Shown in pieces: positions 43,925 through 58,733 of a DNA stretch of 64,000 nucleotides. Below the pieces are notes generated by a model. The model saw nothing but the letters and a program-made list of their open reading frames with translations. It searched no databases and was not told the DNA's origin. Numbering within the stretch: position 1 is the first letter of the stretch; each line of letters starts with the position of its first letter. The stretch is from NCBI RefSeq assembly GCF_009914755.1, contig NC_060937.1, one strand, 5' to 3'. Both the position numbers and the translations under genes were made by a program. This DNA is from the human T2T-CHM13v2.0 reference genome, Homo sapiens.

Positions 43925-44544
43925 CCATAGAAAATTCTTTTAAGGAGCTTTACAAAGGGGAGATATGCCACATTTTAATTGGTTTTATATTTGGACTATT
44001 TCTTAGATTTCAAACAGTCACTTTTTTTTTTTTTTTTGTAAAATAGCACAACCTTTAATTAGTCTAATCTATGGTCATACTAGCTATTGCATGGAATCTA
44101 CTTTCGTAGAGATAGCGTTTATACCATTTCCTTCCACCTGGAACATTAACACTTAAGGCACACTGAACATCTGATGCTTTGAACATGTAACTTTCTAAAA
44201 TATTTGATGCTTACCCTTTATCAATACTTTGTCAGATTTTTAAACATTCTTAACATTTTGAAAGCATTGATAAATTGTCTTCTAACATATTTGCATGCTG
44301 ATGTGAATTCTCATGCCAGAGTAATTCTCCTTTTTTTAGTTACTTTTAAAGTCTGTATATCTTTAGGTTCTTTTTATTTCAGTTGTTCTGGAATCTCATC
44401 AAGAAGTATTTAGCTATACATCATTTTCATTAAGTTCTTTTCTATTTGATGATCCATATGTTTCTTAAACTTCGAATATTTGCTTTTTTGTTCTCATTTT
44501 CTGTAACTCCTTGTGCAAGTTTTTATTAATATTTTGATGCCCCC

Positions 44545-45112
44545 CAAGGAATCACATCTATGTATATTCTTGTATTTGTATCATCTCTCCCACAATGCCC
44601 TGGTATTTTGGCCATGTGATTTGCTTTGGCCAATGAAACCTTAGCAAGTACAATACAAGCAGGGACTTGCTCAACACTTACTGGTGCTTGACTTCTTGGA
44701 AGACATGAGGACCTTCCAAACTTCAACAGCCCTGGACCACCATGTAGGGAAGTCTAGCTGCTCTGCTGGAGGATTACATGAAGAGAAAGAGAAAGCGGGG
44801 AAAGAGAGAGGAATAAGAGGAAGAAAAGGAGGGGAAGGAGAGAAAAAGGAGGAGAAAAGAGGAAGGGAAAGAAAAAAAGATGAAGGAAAGAGAGAAATGC
44901 CCACTCAGCCTCCCTTTATTCCAGCCTCCTTCCAGCCGAGGTAGCAGACGTACAAGTGGGGAGCCATCTCAGGCACTCCAGCCTCTGCAGATACCACTCA
45001 AAACACAAAAGCCACCCACCTGAGTCAATTCATCCATAGACACGTGAGAAATCATCAAACACTGTTCTAAACTACTAAGACTTGTGGATTTTTAAATGCA
45101 GTAATAAATGAC
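44545..45112 (+). mobile_element. MLT1G/H-like old LTR with an internal GA-rich expansion (44780-44897)
   Basis: ttggccatgtgatttgctttggccaatgaaaccttagcaagt...ccaccatgtagggaagtctagct...gtgagaaatcatcaaacactgttctaaactactaagacttgtgg...atgcagtaataaatgac. Confidence 0.7.
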
Positions 45113-45869
45113 ATATTTTTATTAAATAAATATTAGACTTCCGGAATTCTTATGAATTGTATCTTTTGATTATTATGAATGTCTTTTTGTCTTTTGTCTA
45201 TAAGTTCTGTCTCATGTCTCATTTTTTTTCTATATTTTGGGAGATTTTCTCAGCTCAAGCCCATTTGTGATTTTTTTCAAAAGAATGTATTATTTAATAT
45301 GAATATTAGCATTCAATAAGTATGAAGGAAAAGTAATTTTAAAATAAAACTTTTCTTTACTAAATGATTAAATATTTTAAATAACAGAACCAAAGAAAAA
45401 TTAACGCATTACAAATTTTTCAGAGGAATTTTTTTACGGAGTAAAAAATAAATTAGAAGAAAAAAGACAGTCTTCTACAGTGTTAGAACTAAAAGCTTTA
45501 GTTTTATAACAAATCACAAACCAAGGCTGCTACTAATACATTTAAACCAAAGCAAGATTTTGCCATTCTATTTAGTTTATCATTCCTATGCAAACTGAAT
45601 TCAAGTAGCAACTGAAAGTCTGTAACACTTTTGAAGCTTTTCCTGGACTAGTCGTATTATATATTCCATTACAGGGGTAGTAAAGTAGCTTGAATGAAAG
45701 CCCCAAGGTAGAAATACCAAGAAACAGCAGGAACTGGCAACAGGAACCCCTTGGTGTGCATGGATATCACACTGAGCTCCAGTCAGAGGTGTCCAGAGGA
45801 AGGTAGGATGGGGCACCAATTGTCACATCTCTTGAGACATTTCTGTCCCCCACTAGATTATATATACCT

Positions 45870-48800
45870 CTGGGGCACACACCATACCTTCACATTTTTA
45901 GAACATTTGACCCTCCACTCCTAGCCCTAGTGAACTGTTGATCACTTTTTTGTCATTATAGACTTTATTTTATGCTTTATCAATAGAGCAATAGAGTATA
46001 TAATCTTTTGTACCTGGTTTACTTTGAGAATAATCATTTTGAGACTTATTCATGTGGTTTTGAGTATGAGTAGTTTTTATTTTTAATTGATGAATAGCAT
46101 TCCATTATATAGATAAACCACATTTTGTTTACCTCTTCCCCAGTTGATGCATATTTGATTGTTACCAGTTTGTGGCTATTTCAAAAAAATTATTAAAGGT
46201 ACTATGAATATTCATTTCTCTTGGGTGAAAACATAGGATTGGAGTGGCTGGGTTGTATAGTAGGTATATGCTTAACTTTTAAAGAAACTGACAAGCTGTT
46301 TTGAAAATTGATTGCACCATTTTACATTTATTCCAGATGTTCATGAGTATTTCAGTTGCTTCACGTTCTCACCAACATTTGGCATTGTCAGTTTTTTTTC
46401 TTTTTTAATCTTAGCCATTCTAAATGGGTAAGTAGTGTATCTCAGTGTGGTTTTAAATTGCATTTCCCTGATCTATTAGTTAGTTCTTGCACTGCTATAA
46501 AGAAATACCTGAGACTGGGTAATTTATAAAAAGAAGTGGTTTGATTATGTCATGATTCCACAGGCTGTACAGAAAGCATGATGCTGGCCATCTGCTCGTC
46601 TTCTGGGGAGGCCTCAGGAAACTTACAATCATGGTGGAAGGTGAAGGGGGAGACAGAACTTCACATGGCCGGAGCAGGAGTAAGAGAGAGAGGGGAGAGG
46701 TGCTACATGCTTTTAAACAACCAGATCTCATGAAAACTCTATCAGAAGAACAGCACTAGGGGGACAGTGTTAAATCATTAAAAACTGCCCCCATGATTCA
46801 GTCACCTCCCACGAGGCCTCACCTCCAGCATTGGGTATTACAATTCAACATGTAATTTTGGTAGGGGCACACATCCAAACCATATCTGCTCATGATTAGT
46901 GTTTTTGAGCATCTTTTCATATGCTTGTTGGCCATTTTTAAATCATCTTTGGAGAAATGTCTATTTAAGTCCTTTGCCCATTTTTAAAGTGGTGATTAGG
47001 GGTTGTTTTTGTTGTTGTTGAGTTAAAAGGGTTCTTTATATGTTCTAGATACTAACTCCTTATCAGATACATGGCTTGCAAATATTTTCTCTCATTCCTT
47101 AGGTTGCCTTTTCATTATGTTGGTTGTTTCCATTGCTGTGCAGAAGCTTTTAAGATTGTTGCATTTGTTTATTTTTGCTTTCTTTGCCTGTGCTTCTGGT
47201 GTTATATTGAAGAAATCATTTCCCACTTGAATGTCATAAAGATTTTCTCCTAGGAGTTTTATAGTTTCAGGTTTTACATTTAGGTTTTATTCCACTTTGA
47301 GTTTATTTTTGTACATCGTATAAAAAAGGGTCTCACTTCATTTTTTTGATTTGCTTTGGCATGTGGATATCCAGTTTTCCCAGCACCATTTGTGAAAAAG
47401 GCTATCCTTTTAAGATTGTGTAGTCTTGGCATACTCTTCAAATGTTATTTGAGGGTTTGTTTCCAGGCTCTTTATTCGGTTCTATTGTTTATATGTCTTT
47501 CTTTATCAATACAGTACCATACTGTATTGATTACTATAGCTTTAAAATATGTTTTGACATGAGAATGCATGAAGCCTCGAGCTTCTTCTTCCTCAGAATT
47601 GTTTTTACTATTCAGAGAACTTTGAGAGCCCACATAAACTTTAATTTTTTTTTCTGCTCCTGTAAAAGAATGCCATTGAGGTTTTGATAGAAATAACATT
47701 AAATTTGTGGATCACTTTGGGAATTATGAACATTTTAACAATATTAAACCTTCCAATCCATAAATATGGATTTCTTTTCATTTATCGCTGACTACTTTTT
47801 ACAGTGTTTTGTAGATTTCAGTATATGTATTTTTACCTCTTTAGTTTACCTAACATATTTTATTGTTTTTGATGCTATTGTAAATGGGATTGTCTTCTTA
47901 ATTTCCTATTTGGATTATTAATTGTTAGTGTATAAAAACAGGACTGATTTTTGTGCATTGATTATTATATTATCTTGCAACTTTGATGAATTTATTAGTT
48001 CTAACAGTGTGCGTGTATCAGTGTGTGTATTGTTTAGGGTTTTCTACATATAAGATCATGTCATCTGCAGAGATAATTTACCTTCTTTCCAATTTGGATG
48101 CTGTTTATTTCTTTTTCTTGCCTAATTTTTCTGGTTGGCACTTCCAGTAGTATGTTGAATAGAAATGTTGAGAATGGGCATCCTTGTCTTGTCTTCATGA
48201 TCTTAGAGGAAACGCTTTTAGCTTTACACCATTGAGTGCAATGTTAGTTGTGGGATTCTCATATATGACCTTTATTATGTCAAGGTATTTTTTTCTATTC
48301 TAGTTAGTTATTATCATAAAACATGTATTTATCATCAAAATACATTGAATTGTGTCAAATGTTTCCTCTGCATCAATTGAGGTGATCATATGGTTTCTGT
48401 CTTTCATTCTGTTAATGTGGTGTATTACATTGATCTATTTTCATATATTGAAACATCCTTGCATTCCAGGAATACATCCCACTTGGTCCTGATGGCTAAT
48501 CTTTTTAATATGCTGCTGAATTTGCTTTGCTAGTATTTTGTTGAGGATTTTTGCATTAATATTCATCAGGATTATTGATGTATGTTTTCTATTCTTATAT
48601 TGTCTTTATCAGATTTTACTATCAGGGTAATGCTGGCCTCATAAAATGAGCTTGAAAAATGTTTCTCTTCAATTTTTTTGGAAGAGTTTGAGAAGTATTT
48701 GTGTTATTTCTTTAAATCTTTGGTGAAATTCTTCAGGGACACCATCAGGTCCTGATATTTATGTTGTTGGAAGCTTTTTGATGACTAATTCAATCATCTT

Positions 48801-50510
48801 ACTAGTTATAGATCTATTCAAGTTTTTAATGTCTTCATGACTCAGTATTGATGGGTGGTATGTTTCTAGAAATTAATCCATTTTTTTTTAAGTTACCCAA
48901 TTTGTTGACATGTAGTTGTCTATGATCATTTTTATTTCTGTGGCATAATCTGTAATGTCTCTTCTTCCACTTCTGATTTTAATTATTTGAGTCTTTTCTC
49001 TTTTTCTCTTAGTCTAGCTAAAGATTTGACCGTTTATTGATCTTTTCCAAGTACTAACTCTCAATTTCATTGATTTTTAAATTATTTTTCTATTTTCTAT
49101 TTCATTTACTTTTGCTCAAATCTTTATTATTTCCCTTTACTTCTGCTTACTTTAGATTTACTTTGTTCTTCTTTCTCTAGATCCTTGAAATGTAAAGTTA
49201 GGTTGTTGATTTGTAATCTTTCTTCTTTTCAATGTATGCATTTAACTTCTTTCTTAGTACTGCTTTTGCTGCATCCCATATGTCTTGGTATGCTATATGT
49301 TCATTTTCATTTGCCTCAAAATATTTTCTAATTTCCCTTGTAATTTCCTCTTTGACCCATTGGTTGTTCAAGAGTGTGTTGTTTAGTTTCCATATATTTG
49401 TGAATTTTTCATTTGTCCTACTGCTGTTTTTAGTTTTATTACATTGTGATCAGAAATGATACTTGGTATGTTTCCATCTTAAATTTGACAAGATCTGTTT
49501 TGTGGCCTAACATGTGATCTGGAAGAATGTTCCATGTGTGCCTGAAAAATGTGTATTCTGCTGCTGTTGGTGGGCTGTTAGTTTCAATTTGTCTATAGGG
49601 TTGTTTTAGTTCTTTGTTTCCTTATTGATCTTTTGTCTGGTTGTTCTATTCCTTGTTGAGAGCAACATATTGTAGTTTCCTACTGTGATTTATATTACTG
49701 CCAGTTTCTCCCTTCAATTCTGTCAAAGTTTGCTTCATATATTTTGGTGCTCTGATGTTAGGAGTATATGTATTTATAATTATTATATCTGCTTAGTGAA
49801 TTCATCCTTTTATTACTACATAATGTTCTTCTATTTCTCTTATGACACCTTTTGACCTAAAGTCTATTTCATCTGATGCAAGTCTGACCATTTCTGCTCT
49901 CTTTTTTGGTAGCCATTTACATGGAATATCTTTTTACTTTCTTTCATATTCAGCCTATGTGTATCCTTAAATTTAAACTGAATCTCTTGTAGGCAGCAGA
50001 TAATTGGAACTTTCGGGTTTTTGTTGTTATTAAGTCAGTTTAGCCATTTTATGTCATTTGATTGGGTATCTTAATTCATTTACATTAAATTACTAATTTA
50101 CATTTAGTTATTAACATTGAAGGACTTACTCTTGCTGTTTTATATTTTGTAATCATTAACATAGTTTTATAGTTATATTTTATGTTTTATCTTTTAAATT
50201 CCATTCCAAAATTAAAAGTGATTTATGAACCATCAGTACAGTATTACAAGATTCTGTAACTTTTAATAGATTTATCTTTATATAAGAGCTGTGTATTTTT
50301 ATATGCTTTCACTCTCTTTGTATTTTTATATGCTTTCACTCGTTTTACTCTTGAGCATCCTTTCATTTAAACTTCCAAGACTTTCATTACATTTTTTTAA
50401 AACAGGTGTAGTGGTGATGAACTCTCAGATTTTCTTTATCTGGGTAGCTTTTGTTTTACTGGAAAAGTCTCTATTTCTCCTTTATTTTGAGGGTCAGTTT
50501 TGCTGAACAT
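45870..50510 (-). mobile_element. Old LINE-1 (L1MB/L1M4-like) 3' UTR and ORF2, interrupted by MSTA; may be a composite of two L1s
   Basis: Long T-rich antisense L1 ORF2 sequence. ORF 47472-47699 (KTYFKAIVINTVWY..KERHINNR) matches the ORF2p C-terminal region. The host sequence catttccctga|tgattagtg is contiguous across the LTR. Confidence 0.9.
46472..46887 (-). mobile_element. MSTA-like solo LTR inserted in L1
   Basis: ttcttgcactgctataaagaaatacctgagactgggtaatttataaa...ccacaggctgtacagaaagcatg...ggaggcctcaggaaacttacaatcatggtggaagg...acatccaaaccatatc. Confidence 0.92.
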
Positions 50511-50569
50511 AGTATTACTGATTTGTTTGAGAAACCTCCCAAAACAGTGTTATACTTTTTGTTTTCAAC

Positions 50570-50985
50570 AGTAATATTTATTTGAAATAAACTAAGAAAA
50601 AATATCTTTTACCTATTCCAATGCTCCTCACTAATTTCTGAAGATTTCCATTTCCCTCTGGTACCATTTTTCTTCAGTCTAAAAAACTTCCTTTCACATG
50701 TTTTTGTTGTTGTGCAGGTCTGAATTGTGTAAATTCTCTAGACTTCCACTGAAAATGTTTTTGTTTCACTTTAATTCTTGAAACATATTTTTACTGGTTA
50801 TAGAATTTTTAAGGGGCACGGTTTGTTTTTTTGTCAGAATTTTGAAGGTATTGTTTTGGTGCCCATAGTTTTCAACAAGCTGTTCTCTGTTCTTTGCATG
50901 ATTGTCCTCTGTATATAATGGGTTGTTTTGCTCTTGTCTCTGGCTGCTCTCAAGACTATTTTCTTCATTTGGTGTTATTTTGGTT

Positions 50986-50989
<4 letters not shown>
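50570..50989 (-). mobile_element. L1 (L1MC/MD-like) inter-ORF/ORF1 fragment
   Basis: tttccctctggtaccatttttcttcagtct...tgtgcaggtctg...tttcactttaattcttgaaacatatttttactggttatagaatt. Confidence 0.6.

Positions 50990-51039
<50 letters not shown>
50990..51039. repeat. (TG)25 microsatellite
   Basis: Perfect dinucleotide run. Confidence 0.98.
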
Positions 51040-51040
<1 letters not shown>

Positions 51041-51139
51041 TATCCCCAGGCATGAGGCTACCACTTCATTCATGCAATTAAAGTGAAGGTCATCATTACT
51101 GGAACAGGGTAAAATAATGTTTTACATGATAGGGTAAAC

Positions 51140-51660
51140 ATTTCTGATATTTTAGCAAAGATGTGTAACCTCAAGCTAATAATATGGAAATATCAGACAA
51201 GCCAGATCAGGAGGCTTTCTAAAATGTAACTGGCCTGTAACCATCCAAAGTTTCAAGGCTATTAAAGTAAAATACACACTGAGGAACTGTTTCAGACTGA
51301 AGGAGACAGAAGAGACAAGGCAACTCAATGCAACATGTAATTATAAATTGGGTTCTTTTGCTCTCAAGGTTATTTTTTGGGATAATGAGTGAAAGTTGGA
51401 TAGGATCTGAGGACTAGATGGTAGTAATATCAGTATAACTTTCTGTTTTTTAATACTGTATCATCGATATAAAGGAGAATGCTTTTATTTTATGAAATGT
51501 ATACTTAAGATATTCTGAATGATCAGGCTTCAGGTTGACAATTTATTATAATATGGTTTGGGAAAACAGGAAAAAGTCTATTATACTGTTCTTGAAGCTA
51601 TTCCGTAAGTTAATAATTATTTTGAAGTAACATAAAATAAAAAATAAAAAGTTTTCCATT
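51140..51660 (+). mobile_element. L1MC/L1MD-type 3' UTR fragment
   Basis: gaaatatcagacaagccaga...taactggcctgta...ctgaggaactgtttcagactgaaggagacagaagagacaaggcaactcaatgcaacatg, ending in an A-rich tail. Confidence 0.75.
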
Positions 51661-52337
51661 ATCAATAAATAAATTTCATTAAAATAACTAGTACTCTAAA
51701 TAAAAATGATTGTAATTGGCTCATATTTCTCTCTATATTATTGTATTTAGAAGTATCACACTACATATTTGGGTGAATTCTGATAATTTTGACTAGTAAA
51801 CAAGTGACCTGATTTTCTCTCCTTTCTGTTTTATGACAAATGAGAATTTTAATTCATTTATTGTGTAGATAACAATTTTCCTTTTGTTATCTAAAATTAG
51901 GCAATGTTTTACTTTCCATAAAAATGTGATATATGTCTACACTCTTTTATAGTATATGTTTTACATGGGTTTATTTAGCTGTAGTGCCAATGTAATTTTT
52001 GGATACCCTCTGGGCAGGGACATGGTAACTGTAAACATTTTGTGCTCATGCTGTTGTGTGACTGCTGTGGTAGGCAGCAGTTAGCTACTGATATAGTAGG
52101 TAGGTAAGATTGCTTTAAACAATTAAGTCTCTAATGCTAATAAAAAATTGTTATTAATTTCAAAATGTAAACCTCACTATATAAATTTAAATTACCATCA
52201 GCAAAATCCCTGGTCTCTTAAGTGTATATAGAAATAGAGACATTTTATTAAGTGGGAATAGATTAATATTAATCTGGAAATTGAGTTTGACCTTATATAG
52301 ATAATCCTAGACAATCTAAATACAAGTTTATTCAACA

Positions 52338-52862
<525 letters not shown>

Positions 52863-54420
52863 TGATATCCAGAATCCTCTGTATGCTGGCAGGATGCAGT
52901 TTTATCCCTTACTGCCATCTCACAGAAAGTGAGCACAATGCCTAAAGCCAGTTGGTCATGGAGAGGCCAACTACCCAGTGTGCCTAAGTTTAAAACAGTT
53001 CAAACCAGAATATTATTATTCAAACTACATATCTTGCTAAAAAGCAGACTGAGGGTTCCTTAAATTAAATGTTTTCTTGAGAAATGAGTGTTTATGACAT
53101 TGGGTCGAGTTCATGGAGAATCGCTAACCTCCTCCACAAATTACCATTGTTGACACTGAGCTGGATATAATACTATGTTTATAATGAGGCATTCCTTACA
53201 TTTATAAGTTCTCATTACATCACTGATATTCTCTCCCTTGAAATATTTTTTTCTGGAGAACAGTAATTTTCTTTATCAAGTTTAAGAGAATGATTTCCCA
53301 TCACTAAATCACTGGACACAAAGATAATTTGTTATTTGCCAACAACAGAATGAGAACATGGGATGAAAAGTGTGCTGCCAATTGTCTTTAAGCCATGTGC
53401 CTGTATCCTTAACTAATTTATAAACTTGTCAAAATAGGAGTTAGTGTCTATTATTCATCTTGACCATTGTCCTGAACACCATTTTTCAGTTAATATTGAC
53501 TGATTTTGTTAGCGATTTTATATAAATGTGATATGATCATCCTTAACCAATACGGAACCTAACCCTTTATTCTGAGGCCAAAGGTTTGAGGAATATAAAC
53601 CTAAACAATGTTATTGCATTTCTTCCACATTTCTGACAATTAAATTTGCAATTTCTTTTTACTAATTAAGGCTAAATCTTGAATTTTAAGTGATTTCATA
53701 GACCCTTGTGTCTTTCCTGATTAGGAGAGCAGGACTGTATTAAGTGTGTTGTTATCGAAAGAACATGGTCCTGGCATGGGGTTTGAGACCAAGAACAGAT
53801 GTTCCCGATTTATGGGACTCTGACTCATTTTCATACTCTCTCAGAGATTTGTATCTCCTCCAAAAATTTAGGATTAAAAAACCTTTTATGCAAGTTTGTT
53901 GTGAGAGCCAGAAATAATTTATCCAAAGTTCTTGGCTCTGACAGATGCCTGAAAAATAAGTTGTCTCTCTTTCACCTTCTTTTCCTTCTCAGTAATATAT
54001 CCCAATATTATTCCTTTCTCCCCAGATATTTTATTTTGTAAAGTTTTAATCATTGTCATGTTCTCATAGCTCATATCTTTTAAAATATGAAGTCTGAAAT
54101 TGAACATAAATCTTCAAAAATCTGATGTCATTACTGGATTAATGGCAAGCTTATGGTTACTACCATTTTAATGTTTCCACTGAAATGTTAACATAATTGA
54201 GGAACTAATTTTCAACCTTTGGATGGTATTTAGATGATATTTGGAGTAGGCAGACAATGACCTAATTTCTAGGGGTCTACACTATGTGAAATGAAATATA
54301 TGTACATATATTGTTAAATATGTGTGGATACTATTTCGATTCATATGTAAATTCATTTTATATAATTGAAGTATTATATGATACATAAATATGTAATGTA
54401 ATGTTTCATATTACAGATTA

Positions 54421-54966
<546 letters not shown>

Positions 54967-56189
54967 TATATATATTTCTTGATCAACAGAAACGAATGCT
55001 AACTGGTGTCCTAAGGTGTGAACAGGGCCTTTGGATATTTTACATCAAGAAGAGATCCTCATAGAAAAGACGACTAAGATCATTCAAGTTGACCAGTTTT
55101 TTTTTTGATTGCTGATAAAGTTATATTAAACGTAGATTTTAAAAATTACCTGATATTTTAAAAAAACACAGCACTTGAAAATGACTGTCCCCTTCCGGTT
55201 TAGCTATATTTGCCAATTCTGTGGTTTGGAGACCTGAAGTTGCCTATTCTTGTTTGTCATCTCTTTCCTCAAGAACCCACTCCCAAAGAAAACCAAGAAC
55301 ATAACTACCCACATTTTTACTCTCCTGACGTGAAATCCACAGTTCAGAGAACTGAGTAAAAGGTATGTTTTCATGGTAGGAAGAACTTTCTATGAAAATG
55401 CAGCAGGCATGCATGTGTACAGCTGGATTGCTCTGTGCCTTTTGCAGAAATGTTGGTAGGGAAAATTGGAAATATATACCCAAAACAATTAAAGCTCTAT
55501 TAACCCATAAACTTTCCTTAGAAAAATGTATCTCAAGAAGCCCTCAAACATGTTTATCTGAGAATGGTTATTGCAGCGTTAAATACAAAACAAATCATGG
55601 AGCTCTTTAAATACCTCATGATTGGAGAGTGTTAAAAAGCCTGGTTTGCTGACTGCAGAATCCTGGGATAAGGATGATGGGGATTCTTGGGTAAATACTG
55701 GGTAAATCCTATTTCTCTCTTACTTTGAGGTCAGTGGGTTATTAATACACATACATACATGTGTGGGTGAACTCACATACACACGTATACAAATACCTAC
55801 ATACATCTATAAAAATGAACCCTTTTTCAAATCTCTTCTGCCCATCTCTGCTGAAAGGCAAAATAGCATTGAGGCATTCCCCACTGTTACTCCCTCTGTT
55901 CCTCAACAGATCCTATACCGACATTTGTCTGTCTGTTTTCAATAGGGGTCATGACTTTCTTTCAATCTAAAGGTAATCATTTGTTTTATAAAGTGACTCT
56001 TCCCCCAACTTTCTATTTTGATATTTCCCATCTTTGCACATGACAAAATTTCTGTGTCTTTTGCTGGCTGAATTTAGATCTGATTATTAAATTTAAAATG
56101 CCACTCTATTTGTGCAACTAACTTCTGTCAATAGGAGTTAAATGCTTCCAGTGTACTCTAACTTTGCCATATTTTTTACATAACATGCA

Positions 56190-56345
56190 TTGTAATCGTA
56201 TGCCCTTTTTCCACAGTGGTCTAAGAACCCCTGGAAGTCCAAAAATAGGTCTTTTGTATCTATTTCTCCAATGCCTTGCCCAGTCCCAGGAACATAGAGG
56301 CTGCTCAGTAAGTTTATTCAGATAAATGAATGAAAGCCATGAATG
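56190..56345 (+). mobile_element. LINE-2 3' terminus
   Basis: gtcttttgtatctatttctccaatgccttgcccagtcccaggaacatagaggctgctcagtaagtttattcagataaatgaatgaa. Confidence 0.75.
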
Positions 56346-56722
56346 CAGGTAATTTATATGTCTATTTTATACAAACTAAAATATAGTTGTGCAAGATGTA
56401 CATACTGTTCTCAAGATGAAAAGCATTAGATATTAATTTTAAGCTTTAGTACATTCCCCCTTCCTGAAACTTTCAATAAAATGAAGAGGAAAAGCTATAT
56501 AATACTACTTTGAATAACAAAAGACACGTTACTACTATTCAGAAATTTTATTGGTGTTTATTATATGATTTTAGAAAGAAATATCATTCTGCTTTTCTGC
56601 CTCTTGTTCCAATTCAGACCTGGTTCCCAGTGCTCTCAATAGCACAGCTTCTCTGATGAAGAAAGGTGCTCTTTGGTCAAGATGAGGTGTGCTGTGTACC
56701 AGGTGATGAATGGCCAGCTTAC

Positions 56723-56817
56723 CTGCAACTTTGTGACAGGGAGACAAATGACGTTGTGCCCAGGCTTCATCAATTTCTCTCTAGTGTCACAAAAACAAGT
56801 TTTCCCTTCATACCCAC
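56723..56817 (-). other. Candidate internal exon (95 nt) of an unidentified minus-strand transcript
   Basis: Minus strand: ctaat branch-like site, ttttctatttttccctcaaacttttctcaaag|GTGGG ... TTGCAG|gtaagc. Splice signals only. Confidence 0.4.
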
Positions 56818-57100
56818 CTTTGAGAAAAGTTTGAGGGAAAAATAGAAAATTAATTAGCCAAGTTCATGGGTAAAAGAAGGGAGAAAACTAGTCTTTTATT
56901 TCTATAAATGAAATCACATGCTGATTTGATACATTAAATATTTTGCAAGATTTTAGCTATTTGTAATTAATTGCACAGGGATACACATTCTGAATAGATT
57001 ATTCTTAAAATTAAAAAAACTGCTGAATATGTTTTTGTTAGCCTTAGATCATTTAAAACATATCTGCACATTTATAGCAGCAGTGCTACAATTGTATATA

Positions 57101-57713
57101 CAGATAGTCCTTGAAAAATCTGGGAGTTAGGGGCTCTGACCTCTGAACAGTTGAAAATTCATGTATAATTTTGACTCCCCCAAAACTTAACCACTAATAG
57201 CCTGCTGTTGACTAGATGCCTTACTGATAACAGAAATAATCAATGAAGACATACGGTCACCTAGGCTGGAGTGCAGTGGTGCCATCACTGCAATCTCAGA
57301 CTTCTGGGCTCAAGGAATCTTCCCACCTCAGCCTCTCTGTTAGCTGGGACCACAAGTGCCTGCCCCTCTGCCAAGCTAATTTTTTTTTTAATATTTGTTT
57401 TTAGAGATGGGATCTTGCTATACTGCCTTTTATATGCTTATAAATTGTGTTCTCACAATAAAGTAAGCTAGAGAAGAGAAAATGGTATAAAAAAACATAA
57501 GGAAGGAAAAGTATATTTACTATTTATTAAGGGAAAGTCATATGAAGTCATCATGAAGGCCTTCGTCTTCATCATCTTCAAATGTTGAGTAGGCTTTGAA
57601 GGAGGAAGATGAGGAGGGGTTGGTTTTGCTGTCTCAGGGATGGCAGAGGTAAAGAAAATCTTCATAGAAGAGAACTCATGCAGTTCAAACCCATGTTATT
57701 CAAGGATCAGCTG
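57101..57713 (-). mobile_element. Tigger2a (MER28) MITE interrupted by an Alu fragment
   Basis: Termini cagatagtccttgaaaaa... and ...tgttattcaaggatcagctg (TIR CAGTTGACCCTTGAACAAC). Internal ttttgactcccccaaaacttaaccactaatagcct and gaggaggggttggttttgctgtctcaggg. Confidence 0.9.
57256..57421 (-). mobile_element. AluJ internal fragment truncated at both ends
   Basis: gtcacctaggctggagtgcagtggtgcc...tgggctcaaggaatcttcccacctcagcctc...gctaatttttt...tagagatgggatcttgcta. No tail and no TSD. Confidence 0.85.
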
Positions 57714-57854
57714 TCGTTTGAAAGTATTCAGGTAAACACAAACTCAGTGGCATTGTGGGGGACGTTGTGTCTTGGAAAAGGGGGCTAGACTTGTATTAAG
57801 GTGTTAGTTCTCCATAGAAATAGAAAGGTAACAATTTCTTAAGAATTATTTTAA

Positions 57855-58204
<350 letters not shown>

Positions 58205-58654
58205 ACGATTTTTTTTTAAAGCCAAGATTTGAAAGTAAATTTTTTATATTTTGTTAAAATACATGTAAATCCAAACTGCTAATCTTGAAAAATTCAAAGT
58301 CATTGTTTGCAGCTTTACATTTGTTCTTAGGAAAGTATTACCTTAGCATTTTTCCCACAAACTCTGATAGCTTCCCGAAGTCATTTTGAAAAGAATATTT
58401 CTTTTTGGGTCATTGTAATACATTACTGCATCAGTTTTTAGTTGAAATTAAAGGTCTTTGTTGCACAACTAAACTTTTTCTAATAATATATTTAATGTGT
58501 TTTGTGTATTGTAAGATATTTTTCTGACACAAGCGTTTAAGCTTCTCTTCAATTCTAAGCATCATGAGATAGTTTACATGGTTAAACAACCATGCTGACA
58601 CCAGTGCAGCTCATTTCAAATGAGATCCATTCCTGCAAGCTGAGTTGAAAGGAA

Positions 58655-58733
58655 AAGAGATCAGAGAGAAAGTGAGAGAGAGAGAGTGAGAGTGAGACAG
58701 ACGGTGGGGCGGGGAGAGAGAGAGAGAGAGAGA
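58655..58733. repeat. Imperfect (GA)n tract with an embedded GC box (GGGGCGGGG, 58706-58714)
   Basis: Seen directly in the sequence. Confidence 0.9.

Noticed and set aside
44671-44944. Low-complexity ORFs (EK-rich, SF-rich; also 50766-51053 THTH and 62836-63186)
   Set aside because: They are translations of GA/CT/TG simple repeats.
46750-46770. CTCF-like motif gcactagggggaca
   Set aside because: It mismatches at key core positions and is part of ordinary MSTA sequence.
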